This document shows, piece after piece, positions 7,611 through 17,723 of a stretch of 59,414 nucleotides of DNA. Below the pieces are notes generated by a model. That model did not search any database. It saw only the letters and a program-made list of their open reading frames with translations, and had not been told where the DNA came from. Each line of letters starts with the position of its first letter. Position 1 is the stretch's first letter. The position numbers were made by a program, and so were the translations under genes. This DNA is from an uncultured Candidatus Saccharibacteria bacterium (GTDB lineage Bacteria > Patescibacteriota > Minisyncoccia > UBA6257 > UBA11618), in contig CAYICS010000005.1 in assembly GCA_964362125.1 (NCBI GenBank), forward strand, positions 1 through 59,414. Direction: 5' to 3'.

Positions 7611-8465
7611 TCACCCAACCTGATCCAATGCCTCAGCCACAGTGCCAGCTCCATTGAGATTCCCTTTGATGGTCTTGATGGCAGAGCAGTGAATTTGGGA
7701 AACGCGCGACTTAGAGATATTAAGGATTTGCCCCACCTCGTTCATCGTCATCCCCCAAGCATAGTAGCCGATGATCACTTTTTTCCCAAGACTGGTCAGG
7801 CCAATCAAGAACCGCGGACTGATGCCTTCAGCGGCGATCAACCGCTCGAGCGGCGTCTGGTCATTACTGTATGAATAATCATTGAGAACTGGCTGGTGGT
7901 TGAAATGAAACCCTCGCCAATCACCATCTCTTCTCCAGCCAGTACTCTCCTGCACCAGCTGGGACTGCTGATTAACTGCTGTCTCGATCCTCCCAGCTTC
8001 CTCCGGAGAGATCTCCAGATGCTTCACCAACTCTTCCTGACTGGGCCGATGACCCAGTTTGTCAATCAACTCTTTGTAGCTGGTGATCCGCCGGTAAGCT
8101 GAGCGCGACTGCCACATTTGCGTCCGCAGATAGTCGATTATTGCTCCCCGGATCCGGTTGAAGGCATAGATATCGAAATCTGAGCCTTTGTCCGGATCAT
8201 AGCCATTGATCGCATCCATCAGGCCGAAGTTGGCAGCACTAACCAGATCATCGAGCTCGATTGGTTCTGGCAGATGTCGGCGAAAATAGCTCGCCATCCT
8301 TTCTACCCACCACTGGAAACCCAGAATCAGCTGGTTACGCAGTTCCAGACTGCCGGTTGCCCGATAGAGCCGGAAAAGGTTGCCTACCATGGGCTGATAG
8401 CCATGCAGGCGCAGTTGCCCCCTATCTCTGTTCCCTCCCTTTCCATTTTGTTCTCTTCTTCTCAT
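7611..8465 (-). CDS. FliA/WhiG-like (sigma-28 type) sigma-70 family factor
   Basis: ELDDLVSAANFGLMDAINGYDP, RIRGAIIDYLR, TMNEVGQILNISKSRVSQIH. Confidence 0.85.
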   Translation of the reverse strand: MRRREQNGKGGNRDRGQLRLHGYQPMVGNLFRLYRATGSLELRNQLILGFQWWVERMASYFRRHLPEPIELDDLVSAANFGLMDAINGYDPDKGSDFDIYAFNRIRGAIIDYLRTQMWQSRSAYRRITSYKELIDKLGHRPSQEELVKHLEISPEEAGRIETAVNQQSQLVQESTGWRRDGDWRGFHFNHQPVLNDYSYSNDQTPLERLIAAEGISPRFLIGLTSLGKKVIIGYYAWGMTMNEVGQILNISKSRVSQIHCSAIKTIKGNLNGAGTVAEALDQVG

Positions 8466-8549
8466 CCTTGCCTGACCTCCTCTCCTTAAAAGGTAGGACT
8501 AATTTCAATGTTCTGCCTTTATTATAGACAATGACAGGACAGGGTAAAA

Positions 8550-10136
8550 TCAGCTTGTGGATATCTTTTTGCCGGGGTTGAAGATATTTTTTGGATCAAA
8601 AATTTGCTTCACTTGGCGAAAGAGATCATAAATTTTCTCCCCAAACATCATCGGCAAAAACTTGGTGCGCAAGAGGCCGTCATTATGCTCGCCGCTGATT
8701 GATCCCTTAAATTCCAAAACCAGCTGATAGACTTTCAAGGCCAGTTCGTTAATCACCTGTTCAAAGTCCGGTTCCTGTGGATTCATCAAGGGAATAATAT
8801 GAAAGTTGGCGTCGCCGATATGGCCGGCGATGGTGTAGGTCATTTTATTTTCGTACTGTTTCAGGATCTGATTAAGCCGCGGCAGAAACTCCGGCAACTG
8901 ATCAGGATGCACCACAATGTCATCAATAAAGGGCGCGGTGCGCTTTCCAGCGATGCCCTTACGCAAGAGATTAAAACTCTCCCGCCGGACAGTTTGATAT
9001 TTCTCTGTTTCCGCCGCAGTCCGGGTAAGGCGGGTTTTCAAATTAAATTCTGCCAAGTCGGCTTGGGCCGCCCGCGCTTTTTCTTCAACCGCCTCTGCCG
9101 AATCGCCGCTGAATCCGGCTAGCAGTACCAGCTTGGGAATGCCGCCGGTCAAGACCATCCCTATCTCCGGCAAAAACTGCCAAGCGAATTTAAAAAACAA
9201 ATGATCAATCCCCAGCTTCAGCGTGTGGTCGTCAAAAGTCTCAAAAGTTTCCGGCTGGTGTTTTAAGACCCGGCCGATAATGTCAGCCAGCGGGCCCAGG
9301 TCTTTTAATAAAATCACCAAGAGTTGGGAATGGGCTTTGGGCCGGATCAGCCGGAATTTAATTTCGGTAATCAGGCCCAGTGTCCCCTGCGAGCCGACAA
9401 AAATTTTGGTCAGGTCAAATTTTTCGCCGTCCCAGACATTCCATAAATAATAGCCGGAAGAGTTTTTGGAGACGGTCGGCCGGGCTTGGTCTATCAACTC
9501 CCTGTTATTTTCTATCAATTGCCATAAATTTCTGTAAATTTCCCCTTCGTAATTCTGCTGGCCCATTTTAGCATCCAGTTCTTCTTTGGTCAGGGGTTTA
9601 ATCAGATACTCATTAGCGTCGCTCAATACTACTTTTAACTCCTCTACATATTTCTCGGTTTTGCCGTAAGTTAAACTCTTCTCGCCGCCGGAGTTGTTGG
9701 CCGCCATGCCGCCGACAGCGCAGATATCTTTAGAACCCGGATAGCTGGGCATTAGCCAACCCTTAGCCAGAGCGGCTTTTTCAAAATCGCGGTACCAGAC
9801 GCCGGGTTGGGTTATCGCATAACCCAATTCTGATCCTGTCGAAGGACCGACCTCTAGCACTCGATTAAAATAGCGGGTGAAATCCAAAATAATGCCGGTG
9901 TTGAGCGGGCCGCCGGTCATATCCGTTCCCCCAGCCCTCGCCGTCAAACTAATATTCGCTTCCTCCGAGGAAGCGAATTTGACCAAAGCTTTTATATCCT
10001 CCGTGTCTTTAGGAAAAACAACAAGTTGCGGCCGGACTTCAAACAAACTGGCGTCGCGGCTGTAAGCAGTTAAAGTCAACTGGTCATCAGCTATATCGCC
10101 TTTAAGCAACTGTTGAATTTCCTGAGGCAGATTCAC
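8550..10136 (-). CDS. FAD-linked oxidase (GlcD/D-lactate dehydrogenase family)
   Basis: RAGGTDMTG, GSQGTLG, GHIGDANFH, GEHNDG, FDPKNIFNPGK. Confidence 0.9.
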   Translation of the reverse strand: MNLPQEIQQLLKGDIADDQLTLTAYSRDASLFEVRPQLVVFPKDTEDIKALVKFASSEEANISLTARAGGTDMTGGPLNTGIILDFTRYFNRVLEVGPSTGSELGYAITQPGVWYRDFEKAALAKGWLMPSYPGSKDICAVGGMAANNSGGEKSLTYGKTEKYVEELKVVLSDANEYLIKPLTKEELDAKMGQQNYEGEIYRNLWQLIENNRELIDQARPTVSKNSSGYYLWNVWDGEKFDLTKIFVGSQGTLGLITEIKFRLIRPKAHSQLLVILLKDLGPLADIIGRVLKHQPETFETFDDHTLKLGIDHLFFKFAWQFLPEIGMVLTGGIPKLVLLAGFSGDSAEAVEEKARAAQADLAEFNLKTRLTRTAAETEKYQTVRRESFNLLRKGIAGKRTAPFIDDIVVHPDQLPEFLPRLNQILKQYENKMTYTIAGHIGDANFHIIPLMNPQEPDFEQVINELALKVYQLVLEFKGSISGEHNDGLLRTKFLPMMFGEKIYDLFRQVKQIFDPKNIFNPGKKISTS

Positions 10137-10152
10137 TGTCTAATTTTAACAT

Positions 10153-10206
10153 AAAAAAACCGGGCTAGGCCGCCAACATCTTCGAAGTTGTGGCGGCCTA
10201 GCCCGG
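10153..10206 (-). terminator. Intrinsic terminator after dcd
   Basis: CCGGGCTAGGCCGCC stem followed by a T-tract on the minus strand. Confidence 0.7.
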
Positions 10207-10211
10207 GAAAT

Positions 10212-11333
10212 TTAGACTGACTCGGGCATCCTGAACTGCCGGGCCAGCTGGGGCGGCCGGCGATCAGTGTGATCAATGGCGTAGCTGGCAGTGGCCAGCT
10301 GATCATACCATTGGTCAGGCCGCTCAACCATCCTTTCATACCAAACTCGAGCTGCTATCTGGCCGTCGTAGAAAGGCATGTCCTCGTTAACGGTAATCAC
10401 CTCGAGAACCAAGGGCCTTCCCCGGCCAGCGCCGTCCTTCCCCCAGCCCCAGCCCGGGTCAATGAAACCGGCTTCATGACTGATGAAGTCGCCGAAGCGC
10501 CGATCCATTGAAATCATCTCCAGCGCCAGCCACGGCGGCACTCGTACCCATTCTTTGGTCTGAAAGAGATAGTGGCCTTCCTTGCGCAGATGAACCCGAT
10601 CCCGGTCAATTCTCATCGGCCGGAAGAACTCAAGCGGGTTGTAGTGCTGGTTCTGGCCAAATTCCAAAACCCGATTCACTCCCAGACACTCCCAGCCGGC
10701 AACCTTAGCTCCCAAGTCCAATCTCAAATTAAGAGTGCCGTCGCGGTCCTTGTTCTGCAGTTCTTCATAGCTCAATGACCGATTGCCGTTCCCAAACAGC
10801 CGATCATGATCGAAGTAACGAATCAAATCATTGAGACTGAAACGGGTGTTGTGATTAAAAAAGCGGATTTGAGAGAACGACTGTCCCGGTTCAATCTTAA
10901 GAGGATAGGCCCGCGGCCTGAGAATCTGCCAAAGCCCCCCTTGATAGCCGGCTGGTTCGGCACTGTCGTAGCGATCAACGAAATCCGCCACCACTCGCGC
11001 CCGGACAAAATTCCGGCCGCTGGTAGACTTGGGGTTGCAGTAGCCATAGACATCGTTCTGCAAAGCCAGCGACTGGTTGAGACGAATCAGATAAGTCACT
11101 CCCCGCTCTAAGGGATAGGCCAGATCATGAGGACTGTGACCAATCTGCCGCAGGGTTTCCCGCACTGCTTCGTTACGGGGAGGCGGAAAACCCTCCTCTA
11201 AACGATAGGCCTCCTGACTGATAGTCAGATCGAAAGAGGCCGGAGAGATAATTACCTCCGGCGGAACACCGTTAATCTGTTTCCTCTCAATCATTTCTCT
11301 GATGGTCTGCATCGGCAGGGCGCCGTAACCCAT
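10212..11333 (-). CDS. dcd: dCTP deaminase (long two-domain DCD type)
   Basis: PASFDL, NPKSTSGR, SQIRF, HEAGFIDPGWG, PLVLEV. Confidence 0.8.
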   Translation of the reverse strand: MGYGALPMQTIREMIERKQINGVPPEVIISPASFDLTISQEAYRLEEGFPPPRNEAVRETLRQIGHSPHDLAYPLERGVTYLIRLNQSLALQNDVYGYCNPKSTSGRNFVRARVVADFVDRYDSAEPAGYQGGLWQILRPRAYPLKIEPGQSFSQIRFFNHNTRFSLNDLIRYFDHDRLFGNGNRSLSYEELQNKDRDGTLNLRLDLGAKVAGWECLGVNRVLEFGQNQHYNPLEFFRPMRIDRDRVHLRKEGHYLFQTKEWVRVPPWLALEMISMDRRFGDFISHEAGFIDPGWGWGKDGAGRGRPLVLEVITVNEDMPFYDGQIAARVWYERMVERPDQWYDQLATASYAIDHTDRRPPQLARQFRMPESV

Positions 11334-11440
11334 TTTTCATCCGTCCTTTCCTGAATTAGTTGTGATTCTGGCAATGTACCGGCTCTTATGATAAGCTAGG
11401 ACGGGATTATTTTCAACCCGTTCTTTGAAAGGACTAAAAA

Positions 11441-12088
11441 ATGACGCGCGGAAAACTGATTGTCATTGAAGGCATTGAATGCGCCGGCAAGGACACGCAA
11501 GTGTCAAATCTGGCTAAAGCACTGGAGGAACGAGGTAGAGATGTGATGGTAGTTCGGGAGCCGGGCGGAACAGCTATCGGCGAAAGTCTGCGGGCTATTT
11601 TGAAAGATCCAAGGCACCAAGGTGTCATCGCTCCGCTGACTTCACTGTTCTTGGTCAACGCCGCCCGACTGCAACTGATGCGCGAGCAGATACGCCCGGC
11701 CCTTGATCAAGGCCGGATCGTTTTATCCAACCGCTCTTATCTTTCAAGTTTGGCTTATCAAGGTTATGCCGAGGGCTTGTCACTGAAGCTGATACGGCAA
11801 ATTTGCACTGCGGCTCTGGACGATCTCTTGCCTGACCGCATCTTTCTCCTCGACATCACGATTGAGGAGATGCTGCGGCGGATGAAAAATCGCCCCGGAG
11901 CCGCAGCTGACCGCTACGACAGTCTGGATGCCTCTTTTCATCAGAAGGTGCGGGACGGCTATATCCAAGAAGCCATCCTTGATCCTCACTTGATCAAGAT
12001 AATTGACGGCCAACAGCTAGAGGAAAAGGTCACTGCTGACCTGATCGAACGAATTCAGCCATTACTTGATCAAGGAGACAAAGCATGA
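11441..12088 (+). CDS. tmk: Thymidylate kinase
   Basis: IEGIECAGKDTQ, REPGGT, RSYLSSLAYQG. Confidence 0.95.
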   Translation: MTRGKLIVIEGIECAGKDTQVSNLAKALEERGRDVMVVREPGGTAIGESLRAILKDPRHQGVIAPLTSLFLVNAARLQLMREQIRPALDQGRIVLSNRSYLSSLAYQGYAEGLSLKLIRQICTAALDDLLPDRIFLLDITIEEMLRRMKNRPGAAADRYDSLDASFHQKVRDGYIQEAILDPHLIKIIDGQQLEEKVTADLIERIQPLLDQGDKA

Positions 12089-13590
12089 GGCCAAGAGTCT
12101 ACGCCGTGATCAATGTGCCGCCCGAAATCAGCGCCTATGCCACGGTCCGCTACAGCCGGTCGCCTGACTCAATGAAAGATAGTATTGCCTGGATCTATCG
12201 GAAATCAGCCGAAGCAGCTGCCAGCGGCGCCGAGAAATTTCTCGACACCTACTACTTCAATTATGGCCACAAATCCATTGCCGATTGCGGCCATGTGATT
12301 ATGGCTATTGAGCGATGGTCGCAACTGATGGCTGAAGAAGTCGAGGACGAACAACTCTGGGACGGACAGGAGCAATCCACCCGTTATCAGGACTTCAGCC
12401 GGCCCAAGTTCTTCAAGCCGCGGGGTTGGCAAGAAGCAGAGCTGATGGAACTCTATGTGAAAACCATCCATCAGCTCTTTACCTCCTACCACCGGCTTTC
12501 CCAACAGGCCTTCCGCTATTACTGCTTTAAGAATCCCAAGCCAGACGAGATGAAACAGGGCGATTACGAGCGCGCCCTGCGCGCCCGGGCTTTTGATGTC
12601 GCCCGCTATCTTCTGCCGATGGCTGTCAAGACCAATGTCGGCCAAATCACCAGCATCCGGGTTTTGGAAAGGCAAATCCAGCGCCTGCTGGCCAGCCGTT
12701 ACCCCGAGATTCGATTGTTGGGTGAAACAATGGCGCGGGCCTGCAAAGAGCCGGCCTACGACGTGGCCAAGGCCCAATTCAAGCTGGAGGACGTTCTGCC
12801 GGCGGTAGAAGCGGCGCCGACTCTGGCCAAATACCTCGAGCCAGACACTTATCTCGAGAACACCCGAAAGAAACTGAAACAGTTGGTAGAAAAAATTCTC
12901 CGCCTGCCCCTCCCAATCCACAACTACAGCCGGGTGGAACTCCATCCTCCCGGGAGTCACGCTGGTTACTGCGAGGAAGTGGTGACGACAGCTATCTATT
13001 GGGTCACTAACTACTCCTATCAACAATGCCTTGATTTGGTCTCCAATATGAAAGAGGAAGATCAGGCCTTAATCTGGAATGCTCTTTTTGCCGAACGCGG
13101 CCAGCACGATGAATTGCTGCGGCTCTTCCGCGGCGGCTATCCCCTGACCTTTGACACTTGCGTTGACATCGGCGCTGACCGCGATCTCAAACGTCATCGC
13201 CGCTGTATCCAAATCCGTCAGGATCTGTCGGCTGACTATGGCTATGAGATTCCAGCCGTGCTGACTGAACCGGGATTGGAAGATGAACACGACCTCTATG
13301 TGAAAGCAGTCGAGGCCGCTCACCAAGCCTATCGCCAGCTGGCTATTGTCCATCCCTATGACGCCCTCTATGTCCTGCCTCTGGGGACGAGGCGGCGCCG
13401 GCTCTATAAGATGGATCCGGCTGAAGCGGTCTACATCAGCGAACTGCGCACGGGCGTGGGCGGCCACTTCTCTTACCGGGCGGCTGCCTACCAAATGTTT
13501 GAAAAGCTGGTAGAGTGGTGTCCGGAATTCAAAGAGTTCATTGCTCCCCGCGTCACTCATCCGTCAGTGGAGGCGCCGCTGAAACGGTAA
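12085..13590 (+). CDS. thyX: Flavin-dependent thymidylate synthase, tandem-domain form
   Basis: YGHKSIAD, EQSTRYQDF, DVARYLLP, DRDLKRHR, ELRT..GGH..YR. Confidence 0.85.
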   Translation: MRPRVYAVINVPPEISAYATVRYSRSPDSMKDSIAWIYRKSAEAAASGAEKFLDTYYFNYGHKSIADCGHVIMAIERWSQLMAEEVEDEQLWDGQEQSTRYQDFSRPKFFKPRGWQEAELMELYVKTIHQLFTSYHRLSQQAFRYYCFKNPKPDEMKQGDYERALRARAFDVARYLLPMAVKTNVGQITSIRVLERQIQRLLASRYPEIRLLGETMARACKEPAYDVAKAQFKLEDVLPAVEAAPTLAKYLEPDTYLENTRKKLKQLVEKILRLPLPIHNYSRVELHPPGSHAGYCEEVVTTAIYWVTNYSYQQCLDLVSNMKEEDQALIWNALFAERGQHDELLRLFRGGYPLTFDTCVDIGADRDLKRHRRCIQIRQDLSADYGYEIPAVLTEPGLEDEHDLYVKAVEAAHQAYRQLAIVHPYDALYVLPLGTRRRRLYKMDPAEAVYISELRTGVGGHFSYRAAAYQMFEKLVEWCPEFKEFIAPRVTHPSVEAPLKR

Positions 13591-13603
13591 CCAGAGGTAA
13601 TTC

Positions 13604-13663
13604 TAATCTATTGGGGTTGGACCCCAATAGATTGGAGGCGGTCCGATGACATCGGACCGCCTC
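13604..13663. terminator. Two hairpins between convergent thyX and DUF763 genes
   Basis: AATCTATTGGGG/CCCCAATAGATT and GAGGCGGTCCGAT/ATCGGACCGCCTC. Confidence 0.65.
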
Positions 13664-14732
13664 ATTTTTTTGCCAAAATTTCTATTGTCCTATCATAAGT
13701 CTTTCTATCCACCGGATAAGGAACAGCGTCTTTTCCTCCATGAGCAAAGCTGTAGCGGGCCGGGTCTTCATAAGAGGGCTGGGCGCCGTAAATCACCTCA
13801 CCTACTAAAGCTAAAGCCCTGATGGTTTTTGGTCCCACTCCGGCTGTGGCCAAAAGTTGTTCATAAGTCTTTACTCCCTGCCAGCAGACTTTTTGTAAAA
13901 TCTTATCAAGGTATTGGCTCTTGCTAAAATCTTCATTAACTACCGGCTGCCAGTGAAAGTCAGCGCGGTTGTCAGCTAAATCTAAAAGGGTCAGTTGGAC
14001 TTGCCCCGAGCCTGTCGAGGGGTGGGGGCCGCGCCAGTATTTCCTAAGCAACGACACCTCTTTCATCACTGTTTTGTAGCCGGCGTCCACCAGCTCCACT
14101 GCCAGATTGCGATTGGGTCGGCTTTTTTCGGCAGTTAAGTTTAGAATCTGGGATTTAGGATTGAGAATTTGCGAGACAATGCCGCTATGCGGATCATTGA
14201 TAAGCTCTGTTGCCGAGCTGGAGTGCCAGTGGTACCTGCGAGCAGTGGCATTGCTCTCATTCATCCCTTGCTGGACCACGGTCCAAGCGCCCGATGGACT
14301 AAAAAAGAAAGTATGATGATAAAGCTGGTAACCGTCCTGCACCAGCGAGCTGTCCACCTTAGCCGCCATCTTGGAAGTATAGACCAGTTTCTCATCGCCG
14401 CCATGCTGTCTGATCTCCTCGGGCGCGCGGAGCGAAGTCTTCCCTTTGCCGCCGCAGATATAGATGCCTAACTTGTCTTCATCGCCGCGAAGAGATTCTT
14501 TCAAAGCGGCGGTGAGAATAGTGGTGAGGCCGGAAGCATTCCAGTCAAAAGCCAGAACTGTGCCTAATGACTGAAACCAGGCTGGGTCAGCCAACCGTCG
14601 GATGAAAGCTTCCGGCCCCTCTTCTTCCACCACTAACTCAATCGCCCGCCGCCCCAACTTCACCATCCGTTCAAAAAGCCACCGGGGGCACTGGCCGGTG
14701 TCTAACCCCATTGTCGCTATGCCGCGGTACAT
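13662..14732 (-). CDS. DUF763 domain protein
   Basis: CPRWLFERM, FDWNASGLTT, VVQQGMN, DPARYSFAHGGKD. Confidence 0.9.
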   Translation of the reverse strand: MYRGIATMGLDTGQCPRWLFERMVKLGRRAIELVVEEEGPEAFIRRLADPAWFQSLGTVLAFDWNASGLTTILTAALKESLRGDEDKLGIYICGGKGKTSLRAPEEIRQHGGDEKLVYTSKMAAKVDSSLVQDGYQLYHHTFFFSPSGAWTVVQQGMNESNATARRYHWHSSSATELINDPHSGIVSQILNPKSQILNLTAEKSRPNRNLAVELVDAGYKTVMKEVSLLRKYWRGPHPSTGSGQVQLTLLDLADNRADFHWQPVVNEDFSKSQYLDKILQKVCWQGVKTYEQLLATAGVGPKTIRALALVGEVIYGAQPSYEDPARYSFAHGGKDAVPYPVDRKTYDRTIEILAKK

Positions 14733-14857
14733 AAAAAATACTTACCCTACCTATTCAGACTTGACAATTAAAAGTTTTCCACAGATGATTAGAATCTCAG
14801 TTAATGGCTGTTTTAGTACCTTGGAAAGGAGAGGTTTTTATAGAAAGAGAGGTGCCT

Positions 14858-15478
14858 ATGCGCCAGCGCAGAAGAAAACGACCGAAGGCCACTTTCGAAA
14901 AAGTACTCTCAAGAGACCATTGGGAAGTGGCCCGGGCGCTCGACCACAAATGCTTCTTTAATCCCGGTTGGTTGAGCAAGAGAGACTGGCAATGGTACGA
15001 GCCCCATCTGATTCTCCTGGAAGGAGCGGCTGTCGGCTTTGCCGCTTTAAGGCTCAACAGCAACCTGTCCCTTGAGCGAGACCGTTTCTTCCCTTCTCCC
15101 GGCACGATCTATTTTGGCCGGATCGGCATTGTGCCGCTTTTCCGGGGACAGGGCCTGGCTTCGCAGTTTCTCAAATGGCTGATTAACTGGAGTAGAGAGG
15201 GTCGTTACTCCCGAATCGCCTGCAATTGCGCAGTGAAAAATCACAGCAGCCGCGCCCTCCTGGAAAAGTTCCAGTTCAGAAACGTCGGGACTGTTGTCTG
15301 TCATCCACCAAAACCGACATCCAAGTCAGGCTTGGCGACAGCACCACCCCTGCACATCATTGTCTGGGAAAGACCACTGGCCGCAGTCACGATCCCGCTT
15401 ACCTCTGAAGCCGCAGAAACGAATCCTCGCACCCCTGAAGGTGTGGGAACGAGCCTACCCCAAGCCCTTTCGGGGTAG
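14858..15478 (+). CDS. GNAT family acetyltransferase
   Basis: IGIVPLFRGQGLAS, NHSSRALLEKFQF; SD GAGAGG before ATG 14858. Confidence 0.75.
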   Translation: MRQRRRKRPKATFEKVLSRDHWEVARALDHKCFFNPGWLSKRDWQWYEPHLILLEGAAVGFAALRLNSNLSLERDRFFPSPGTIYFGRIGIVPLFRGQGLASQFLKWLINWSREGRYSRIACNCAVKNHSSRALLEKFQFRNVGTVVCHPPKPTSKSGLATAPPLHIIVWERPLAAVTIPLTSEAAETNPRTPEGVGTSLPQALSG

Positions 15479-15544
15479 GCTCGGTTTTTTTATTAGTAAA
15501 AAAGCTCCCTCCCCCCGACCCAGGTCGGGGGGAGGGAGAGCGTC

Positions 15545-15928
15545 TCATCTGACTAACTTCAGTCGCCGCCGTTTCCTTCGCTGATCCATTTTTTCCTGAA
15601 CCCAGGGCGAGGGCGTCCAGTAATGATCAAAAGCAACAGCCTCGCCCAGAAGCCCAGCCAGAATTCTTATCAATTGGACCACCTCTTTGGGAAAAATACA
15701 GATTTGAGCGATGTTGTTCTCGCCAAAGTGAAACCAGCCGCGCAGTTTCAGTTTTCTTTGCCAGCGCCGGCGCTTCGGTGTCCTACTGCCAGTGACAGAC
15801 AGAGGGATGTAGATGAAGATGGGGTAAGTGTTTGGTTCCATCTCCATCATGGTCACATCTCTCGGCCGCGCCATATTGGCCACATCAATATCAATCCGCA
15901 AAGACGGCCTTCTGATTTTTATCGCCAC
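15545..15928 (-). CDS. Hypothetical basic protein
   Basis: 127 aa, SD AAAGGAG before GTG, own terminator at ~15497-15540. Confidence 0.55.
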   Translation of the reverse strand: MAIKIRRPSLRIDIDVANMARPRDVTMMEMEPNTYPIFIYIPLSVTGSRTPKRRRWQRKLKLRGWFHFGENNIAQICIFPKEVVQLIRILAGLLGEAVAFDHYWTPSPWVQEKMDQRRKRRRLKLVR

Positions 15929-16082
15929 AGCCCTGCTCCTTTCTAATTCTCTTTTGTTTGCTGTCGGGGTTCCAACAAGAATTTAACCCAATCTTAAAGA
16001 TAATTCAACAGGGCGTCGTAATTGATAAATTCAAATAATCAGAATTGCCGCTGCTGCCACTGCCCCGATAATTGTTTTCATC

Positions 16083-17039
16083 TTACCCCGCTGTCTCTTG
16101 AACCAAACAGGGGTTGCCGATGCTTTCCAGTTTGGCCCGTTCATCAGAGGCAAGATAATTAGCGGGGCAAACTCTGACGGGCTGGCCGCCGCGGCGAGAA
16201 TCGGCATAGCCCAAGCCAAACTCAAATTCCTCAACCGGCAGCTGCCCTTCCGGGCCGCCGTGACGGATGGAAGCCGGCGCGGCCCGCGCCAGCGCCTGAC
16301 CGACTTCCACTAAATCGCCGTCAGCCACCGTTAACCTCACCACATGGTCATACCCCAGAGAGTAACCCCCATCCAGTTGTATTTGTAATTCCCAATCCTG
16401 CGGATCAAACGGTTGGCCGTCCGGCGTTCTGCTGACAGGATTTTTCATTAAACTAACTTTGCCGGCGGCTGAAGCCCGCAAGATAGTGCCGGGCTTAACG
16501 TAAAAATAAATGTCGGCAGACGCGCCGCCGCCGCTGCCAAAAGACAACATTGGAGATGAAACGGCATCAGAAATCTGACTGATCTCAAAAGGAAGAATCA
16601 TCGTTGCTGGCGGCGGAGTTAGGTCTGATTTTACAACGACGCTAGCTTTAGCTTCTTCATCTTTTTTCTTTCTTTCGTTCTCCTCCCGGGCCGCTTGACT
16701 GGCTCTATCCTGCTGAGTAACAGAATCAAGACGATAGTATAAAGATAACAACAGTTGATAAAGCTGTTCTGCCTTGGCGCGCGTCAGCGCGCCCTTATTC
16801 CATAAATCCAGCAATCTCTGCCAGAGCCGCTGAATGTGTTCCAGCCCGACTACGTTTTGCTGACTATTTAAAACCTTCAGCTCCCGCTCTAAATTACTAA
16901 CTTGGCTTTGCAGTCCGCTGGATTTTTTAAAAACAATAGCTGTCCCCAATTCTCTGCTGGTTAAATCAGCTCCGTTTCCCAAAAGCAAAACCGCTGCCGC
17001 CACTAATGTCACAACAATAGCAATCCATTTCTCGGTCAT
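16083..17039 (-). CDS. Secreted coiled-coil protein with degenerate M23-like domain
   Basis: LRASAAGKV, LGYDHV..LTVADGDLVEVGQAL. Confidence 0.65.
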   Translation of the reverse strand: MTEKWIAIVVTLVAAAVLLLGNGADLTSRELGTAIVFKKSSGLQSQVSNLERELKVLNSQQNVVGLEHIQRLWQRLLDLWNKGALTRAKAEQLYQLLLSLYYRLDSVTQQDRASQAAREENERKKKDEEAKASVVVKSDLTPPPATMILPFEISQISDAVSSPMLSFGSGGGASADIYFYVKPGTILRASAAGKVSLMKNPVSRTPDGQPFDPQDWELQIQLDGGYSLGYDHVVRLTVADGDLVEVGQALARAAPASIRHGGPEGQLPVEEFEFGLGYADSRRGGQPVRVCPANYLASDERAKLESIGNPCLVQETAG

Positions 17040-17076
17040 TGTTTAATTTTAACACAATATATATTATTGTAAGACA

Positions 17077-17541
17077 ATGGCCAAGCTAAAAATCGGACAA
17101 AAGGCGCCGGAGTTTTCTCTGGCTGACCAAAAGGGTCAGATTCATCAGCTAGCTGACTATCGAGGCCAGTGGCTGTTGCTTTATTTTTATCCCAAAGACA
17201 ACACCCCCGGCTGTACTAAAGAGGCCTGCGCCATCCGCGATGCTTGGCAGGACTTTGAGGCGGCTAATGCGGCGGTGCTGGGGGTGAGTGTGGATTCGGT
17301 GAAAAGCCACAAAAAGTTTGCCGCTGATTTTTCTCTGCCCTTTCCTCTGCTGGCTGATGAGAAAAAAGAATTGGTGAAAAAATATGGCGTCTGGGCTAAG
17401 AAAAAATTCATGGGCCGGGAATATCTGGGCACTTTGCGCGCTTCTTTTTTAATCAACCCGGCAGGCAAGGTTGCTAAGATCTATGAAAAAGTGAAGCCGG
17501 AGATTCATGCCGACGAAGTCTTGGCTGATTTAGGAAAGTAG
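17077..17541 (+). CDS. bcp: Peroxiredoxin Bcp
   Basis: YFYPKDNTPGCTKEAC. Confidence 0.95.
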   Translation: MAKLKIGQKAPEFSLADQKGQIHQLADYRGQWLLLYFYPKDNTPGCTKEACAIRDAWQDFEAANAAVLGVSVDSVKSHKKFAADFSLPFPLLADEKKELVKKYGVWAKKKFMGREYLGTLRASFLINPAGKVAKIYEKVKPEIHADEVLADLGK

Positions 17542-17655
17542 CAGGATTAGGAGAATAGCAAAGTTAGGAAAGTAGCAAGGTTAGGATAGTAGCAAATTAG
17601 GTCTGCTAAGTTGCTAATTTTGCTAAGTTGCTAAGTTGCTAAATTTGCTAATCTA
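17530..17655. repeat. ~17-mer array (AGGAAAGTAGCAAGGTT-like) plus inverted TGCTAAGT array
   Basis: Read directly; overlaps the bcp stop codon. Confidence 0.75.
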
Positions 17656-17723
17656 AAATAAAAAAGAGCCCCGGGCCTGATGGCTGGTGGCTCTCTGAAT
17701 TGGGGACGGATGATCACGGGACA

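Noticed and set aside
12205-13560. Long antisense ORFs over thyX (and similar ones over the protease, nrdA, ftsA and dsbA)
   Set aside because: Shadow ORFs opposite well-supported genes, with no recognisable motifs
10212-13590. Prophage suggested by nucleotide-metabolism genes and a sigma factor
   Set aside because: No structural, terminase or integrase genes; the units are interspersed with host genes
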